Source: Nitrososphaerales archaeon (lineage in GTDB: Archaea; Thermoproteota; Nitrososphaeria; Nitrososphaerales; UBA213). Taken from it: a DNA stretch of 64,000 nucleotides. A program made the position numbers and the translations under genes. The notes below the pieces were generated by a model that did no database searches, was not told the DNA's origin, and saw only the letters and a list, made by a program, of their open reading frames with translations. The stretch is taken from positions 800,001-864,000 of the forward strand of contig CBDAOC010000020.1 in assembly GCA_965197925.1 (NCBI GenBank), given 5' to 3'. Shown in pieces: positions 58,382 to 64,000 of this stretch; the stretch's first letter is position 1; each line of letters begins with the position of its first letter.

Positions 58382-59547
58382 CAACTGATCCCAAAACTGA
58401 TCATTTAGTGAATAATTGACGATCATTTGGATCTATTTGCAATGCTGCCCGTAGCAGATCATGAAATTTCAGGAGATAACAGGTGAACAATGGAAGATGA
58501 TATCACCGCATCTCCCAAAGCCAGCCAGAACCGGAAGGCCAAGGGCAGACGACAGAAAGACAGTCAACGGAATCCTGTTTGTCGGGATAACAGGATGCAG
58601 GTGGACTGGGATGTCACAAAGGTACGGCTCCAAATCAACTGCGCACCGCAGACTGCAGAACTGGCAGCGACGTGGAATATGGAAGAATATCCTCTCCGCT
58701 GCAGTCAAATCAGCCCACAGATCAGGCAAGATGCAGCTGCAAAAAACGGTCGATTCGTCATCAGTTCCGGCCAAAAAAGGGGAAGCGTCATAGGATACAA
58801 CGGATTCAACAGGATTTCAGGCACAAAAATACACGTTGCGGTGGAACAAAACGGACTGCCAGTCTCAGTAGTGATGGATCCTGCAAATCAGCATGACTCT
58901 GCAAGATTTGTAGACGTGATGGATGGCATCTCACAATATCTGGATGAGAGATCTATCAGAAAAATTGCGCGGTGCCAAGCAGACAAGGGCTATGATGCAG
59001 AATTCATCAGGAAATACCTTACCAAAAGAAAAATCTCTGACTGCATACCTTACAGAAAAAACAGTAAGACACAACAACAAAATGATGATACAGAACAATA
59101 CCTATACGGCAAGACGCGCTATGTTGTGGAGAGATTCTTTGCCTGGTTGAAGAATGGGTTCCACAGAACCAGGATCAGATAGAGAAGAATGCACAAAACT
59201 ATCTGGCATTTGTTATGATTGATACAGAACAATACCTATACTGTGTGAAATACAATCTAGGCAATTGCCTTAGAATCATAACCCTTGTCTGCATAAACTG
59301 ATGTAATTTGTTTTATTGAATCATCATCTAGATAGTCAGATGTTTTCCAATCAATTAATCTAGAGAGTCAATACCTATACGGCAAGACGCGCTATGTTGT
59401 GTTGAGAGATTCTTTGCCTGGTTGAAGAATGGGTTCCACAGAACCAGGATCAGATATGAGAAGAATGCACAAAACTATCTGGCATTTGTTATCATTTCGT
59501 GTAATGGAGATTATGATGGATGTATTGGAGAGTATTGGGATGACTTC
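58382..59547 (+). mobile_element. IS5-family IS-B copy 3 with rearranged 3' end
   Basis: TIRs as in the other copies; TSD AAG; about 290 bp longer. Confidence 0.93.
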
Positions 59548-60055
59548 AAGATTTGTGAAGGCAAGGGGTTGGGATAGAGAGAGAGTGGATGCTAATAAAG
59601 TAGTTGAGGGCGATCGACCAATCATGCCCGGCAATAATTTGATAATTCTACTGATAACAAGAATTCCTGCATCCTCCTTGATGTGGACTGCAACCGATCG
59701 ATTCGAAAACATCCTAGCAAATGGAACTGTGATTGAACGTTCTCCGGAGATCAGAGTGGAGGCCGAGCCCGAAAGAACTGTTGGTGAGAATGAACCTAAG
59801 ACTGAATCAAAATCACAGAAAATCGTAGTTACACCTAGTGACACTTACGTATCATTTGTTGTTGATGAATTGAGCTCATGTCCTCTTTTCATTAAGGTAA
59901 TAACCTTTGTTAGTAGCCAACCAATATCCTTCGAAGTTGTAGATAAGCCGGATTGGCTAGATTTGAAAGTTAGTGAAACCGGACTCGATCTCTATTACAA
60001 CTGTCCCTCTGAACAGATAGTTGGTGCACTAACAAGGCTCCTTACACTGTCAGTC

Positions 60056-60101
60056 AAATCCGATGGTCAGGTTGTTGAAAATCCGATGGTCAGGTTGTTG
60101 A
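60056..60101. repeat. Perfect 23-bp tandem duplication
   Basis: AAATCCGATGGTCAGGTTGTTGA x2. Confidence 0.92.
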
Positions 60102-61137
60102 TAACATAAACATTACCATTGATGGTCTCATAAAACCAGAAGTGATTCCTTCTAAGGAGGAATTCCAAGAGAAGGAACATCAACTCTTGGGTGATGCATA
60201 CATCCAAGGACGTGCAATGATAACATGTACGGACTATGGTGGAGATCCTAAGATAACCATTAGAATTGATGTTGTTAAAGCCCATCATGCTAAAGGTCGA
60301 AATTTGATTTCAGCTTTTATTGTTGACATTACGAAGAATGGTCCGGATAGCTACATACAAATTGGAAAGAGTGGTATACCCCATGTTGATTATGATTATA
60401 TCGCCTTCCAAGGTTTCTTTGGTAGCAAAGATTTTTCCAGAACTACTAACGATTCATGTCCTATAGGCGATGTAGGAAGAATAGTAGTGGTTATTGGAAA
60501 CTCTCCCCCTTCTGATCAAGATTCATTAAGCGAAGGCATTATAGACATCATAGCAGCCTCGAATTCTGGTACTGCCCAGATGGGCAAACTCTGAATATTT
60601 TGGTTCTGCTAAAGTTTCTGCTATTCTAACAATTTTTTAAATGAGGTAGTGTTAATTACACTTGAATTTGACTATTCTTTATTATCACGTCAAGCCAGCG
60701 AAGTCATATTCCCATATATTATAGATATGTATATTCTAAATTCTCCCAATTCATATGAAGTAGATTGCATGTGTATAATTATCAGTGTCTTTACCTAGAA
60801 TCATTTAAAGATAAGAAACATGGACACAGTAAATCTGCTAAGCAACCATAAATTGTAATGATGTGTATCTCATTGATCCAAACTCTTTTTTATTCTCACT
60901 TTGGAAGTATGCTAAATCTCCAATTGGATACATTGTATAGTTCAGTCTCACAACCTTGTTAATGCAAGAGATGGTTTCTTAGGACTTTCCCTCCCTACAA
61001 AATACAATCCATAGTTGTTCAACCGATGAACATTATTAGAATAGAACTGTCCAAGTCTATCATATTATGCTATAGCATCTTCATATATGTAATTCATGAA
61101 GGGTAGAACTGAACATAAATAACGCTTTAAAATATTT

Positions 61138-62404
61138 GAGGCTTGGGCGTAATTTGGCTCGAAACGATAAGATCAGGTTCTAGTTTTTATTGTTGATATG
61201 TTTAGCTCAGACTCGATACTTCTTCGTATATTATTTTTGATTGACGTGATTCCTCGGACAAAACCTCTTAAGAAGAGAGGTAAACCCTACTACTATTCTC
61301 CTACAGTTATGGTGAGATGCTTCATCGTTAGAGTATGGGTAAGAATACCAAGCAACAATGTGTTACATGAATATTTTTCGATAGACATGCCATACAACAG
61401 GAAGGTAATGAAGGCATGTGGTCTTGATAGATTACCAGACAGAAGAACATTCGACAGAAGGTCAAGGCCATATCAATTGACATAAGATCAAGGATAGGTG
61501 CTATGGGTATGCTCTTCATAAAAGATGGGTTGGTAGACTCATCCATAGTATCCGTTGACAGTTCATTGTTGAAAGCAAAGGGACATGTATGGCACAAATC
61601 TAGCATGAAGAAGAATGAAGTGCCACGCTCCGGTATAGATACAGATGCTCGATGGGGCTACAGCAGAACCAAGGGATGGATATTCGGATACAAGATGCAT
61701 CTAGCATGTAGCACAGGTTCGTTGATAGTTCCATTATCAGCTGATTTCACAACAGTTAACATTACTGATAACAAGATGTATGAAAGCATAACATCTTCAT
61801 TGCCTACAGGAATGGTAAGGTATGTTGTAGGATATGAAGGATATGAAGGATATGAAGGATATGAAGGATATGAAGGATATGAAGGATATGAAGGATATGA
61901 AGGATATGAAGGATATGGAAGGATATGAAGGATATGAAGGATATGAAGGATATGAAGGATATGAAGGATATGAAGGATATGAAGGATATGAAGGATATGA
62001 AGGATATGAAGGATATGATGATCACAAGTTATGTGATTTCAGCAGGTATAGAGGGCATCCAGTATTCCCATTGGAAAGGTATAGGCATACTACAGATAAT
62101 AATAGACTGGCATTGCTGTAGTTCTATAACTCTGAATATGGGCAGCATGTATATTCACAAAGAAGCATAAGTGTTGAGCCATTGATAGAGCAGATAAAGG
62201 ATGTATTTACCATAGATCCATTGCCAGTTAGAGGATTTGATAAAGCTAGGAGCATCGTTCTGATTTCTATATTGCTATACCAGCTGATGGTTTACTACAA
62301 CTACTTGACAGGAAGACCATTAAGGGCATTGAAGCACATGTTGGGAAGTTAATCAATCAGAGGCATCAAGTTATTTTTGTTATATGGAATAATGCCCATG
62401 TCTC
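61138..62404 (+). mobile_element. IS-C full-length copy with an internal repeat expansion
   Basis: TIRs GAGGCTTGGGCGTAATT / AATAATGCCCATGTCTC; flanks AAATATTT/ATATATTT. Confidence 0.95.
61830..62018 (+). repeat. (GGATATGAA)n tandem array, about 21 units
   Basis: 9 units, one 10-bp variant (61911-61920), 10 units, then GGATATGA. Confidence 0.97.
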
Positions 62405-62761
62405 ATATATTTATCAATTATAATCAGAATCCCATGCTAGTAGAATAATACAACATTGTTTCCTTTTTTTATGAATTCCCTACGTTGTTCAATGAGATAG
62501 TTATCTTCTAAGTTAATAGAATCAATCCTCCACCGCAATTTCGGTAATCGTCTGTTGATCTACTATTTCTATATCAATCCCGCTTGGCAGCTTTTTGTAA
62601 TATTCTTTCAAGGATTGAGGATGTCTCATCAAAGGCTTCATCCCCCAACAATAAGTAGCAAGAATCTATCGTCGTAACCATCAAATTTTGATCCTGGGTG
62701 GCCTAGAGCAAAACATATCGTTAAATTTCTTCTAAGAAAATTCATTCATGACTCATTCCAG

Positions 62762-64000
62762 TCAGGCATTGGTGTACACACTTGGAGATGCCAATGGAAT
62801 TCCCCCCTTACTTAATATGAACATCTTAATTGTGTACGTGTCCAACTCCTCAGTTATCCAACTCTTGTTAAAGATAATTTCATCATAGGGCTCGATTTGA
62901 ATACTCCTTGTTTCAATATGTGATGTTATTCCATCCCTATTCGCTATAAGCAATATTAGATCTGCAGCTATCCTATTATCAACACTGTTTTTAATTAGAG
63001 CTGACATTCTAAAGAGCAGACTAGACTTACCAGTATGTAATTCTACATTGAAATCTGTAGTAGAAAGCATGAATTCGGTGAGGGGATCGGCGATAAAGAT
63101 TCTATACTCTAGAACTGTAGATTCATTCCCTGCAATATCTTCTACTTTCAACTCTAGTTTATATGCACCAAGCCGAGGGATCTTGAAGGATATTTCGTAT
63201 GGAAATGACGCTGATTCAGTTTCCAATTTCTGCCAGTCAGTATCCAGAGCAGCTGAGTAGTTTCCATAACGGTAGTATACAGATTTCACACCGCTTATGA
63301 GATCATTTGGTAGAATTCTGAATGTAATGCTCTCGTTCGGAAAGGCCCGAACTATTATACACTGACGGTACCGTTCCTCATTCTTGTACTTGTCACAGTT
63401 GCTTCCTGTAAAAACGTTCTCTCTGCTTTCAGTAGAAATACTCAACACAGATAGCCTTGGTGGAAGTGTATCGACATATATGGAGAGTTTCTTTGGGACT
63501 TCTCTATTACCCATATTATCTTGGGCAAACCACCAGACACCAACCCTCCCAAGATCAATTTCATTGCGACGTGATAACGTCATATTTTCTCCTGGTTGTA
63601 AGGAACAGGCATTCCTGGTGCATAGGTTCCCCGCCGAGTCCCAATACTGTACAACTATATGACGCACGCCGGATGGCACACCTATATCGTTATGATCTAT
63701 GGCATTGAATGTTGCAACTGGAAACCTGTCATAATACCATTTGGTTTCATTATTGTACAATCCGTCAATTAAAACACTACTCGTAGGAGCCGTAAGATCA
63801 TAAGAAACAACAGACACCCTAAACACCCCGGAACGGTCCACAGGACCATATCCTAGCTTTTCTGCGATTATCCGCCAATTATGAAGTTTTGATTCCAACG
63901 GTGTAGTCGTATATGTGTAGATACCTTCTCTCTGTTTTGTTAAATTCACCGTCATGCCATTATGAATGGCCTCGATATTATCGGGGTCTATTAGATCTAT
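62762..64000 (-). CDS. Multidomain Ig-like surface protein, start beyond the window
   Basis: Frame open to 64000; YVDTLPP, SGVKSVYYR, VEDIAGNES Ig-like motifs. Confidence 0.8.
   Translation of the reverse strand: MDLIDPDNIEAIHNGMTVNLTKQREGIYTYTTTPLESKLHNWRIIAEKLGYGPVDRSGVFRVSVVSYDLTAPTSSVLIDGLYNNETKWYYDRFPVATFNAIDHNDIGVPSGVRHIVVQYWDSAGNLCTRNACSLQPGENMTLSRRNEIDLGRVGVWWFAQDNMGNREVPKKLSIYVDTLPPRLSVLSISTESRENVFTGSNCDKYKNEERYRQCIIVRAFPNESITFRILPNDLISGVKSVYYRYGNYSAALDTDWQKLETESASFPYEISFKIPRLGAYKLELKVEDIAGNESTVLEYRIFIADPLTEFMLSTTDFNVELHTGKSSLLFRMSALIKNSVDNRIAADLILLIANRDGITSHIETRSIQIEPYDEIIFNKSWITEELDTYTIKMFILSKGGIPLASPSVYTNA

Larger units (their letters stand above)
57086..60594 (+). pseudogene. 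Secreted multidomain protein broken by IS-D, IS-B and a 23-bp duplication
   Basis: Removing both IS (TSDs TTA, AAG) and the duplicate restores MTRIQHEIKKISFFLLGMLLILSAIFP...NGDIRFVKARGW...DGQVVDNINIT...GKL*. Confidence 0.85.

Noticed and set aside
11947..62121. Repeated in-frame TAG codons (11947, 12413, 26558, 52210, 62119) as amber or pyrrolysine recoding
   Set aside because: Most of these genes also carry frameshifts; 62119 is CAG in sister IS copies, so a simple C-to-T change; TAG ends intact genes (34046, 38140); no pyl genes seen
61804..62170. ORFs with MKD, ISF or HIL repeats, or a CRISPR array
   Set aside because: They are alternative frames of the 9-bp array; there are no spacers and no cas genes

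Overview
AT-rich archaeal DNA, most likely Nitrososphaerota (Thaumarchaeota). The evidence is a group II chaperonin, a PEFG-CTERM protein, blue-copper proteins, C2H2/Zn-ribbon miniproteins, a BHB-intron tRNA and TATA boxes just upstream of start codons. Intact housekeeping genes include a DUF1998 helicase, two signal peptidases, thermosome, a CPA2 antiporter, cinA, nikR-like, a GT28 glycosyltransferase, lysC, ilvE, YyaL and an osmoprotectant ABC operon. They sit among about 14 IS copies or fragments of five types (roughly 12 kb, including a triple nesting) and many decayed accessory genes. Main observations: (1) a tRNA-Lys(UUU) with two BHB introns directly after an integrase remnant; (2) patchwork templated-insertion scars and tandem micro-duplications suggesting template-switching repair, or an amplification/assembly artefact; (3) a palindromic ANNTANNT target rule for one IS; (4) three tandem paralogous secreted proteins whose domains recur in other surface genes; (5) an orphan tape-measure-like gene; (6) a shattered ~1600-aa propeller/PKD/LamG/Kelch surface protein; (7) a 9-bp repeat expansion inside a transposase. 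All family calls come from motif recognition by eye; no searches were run.
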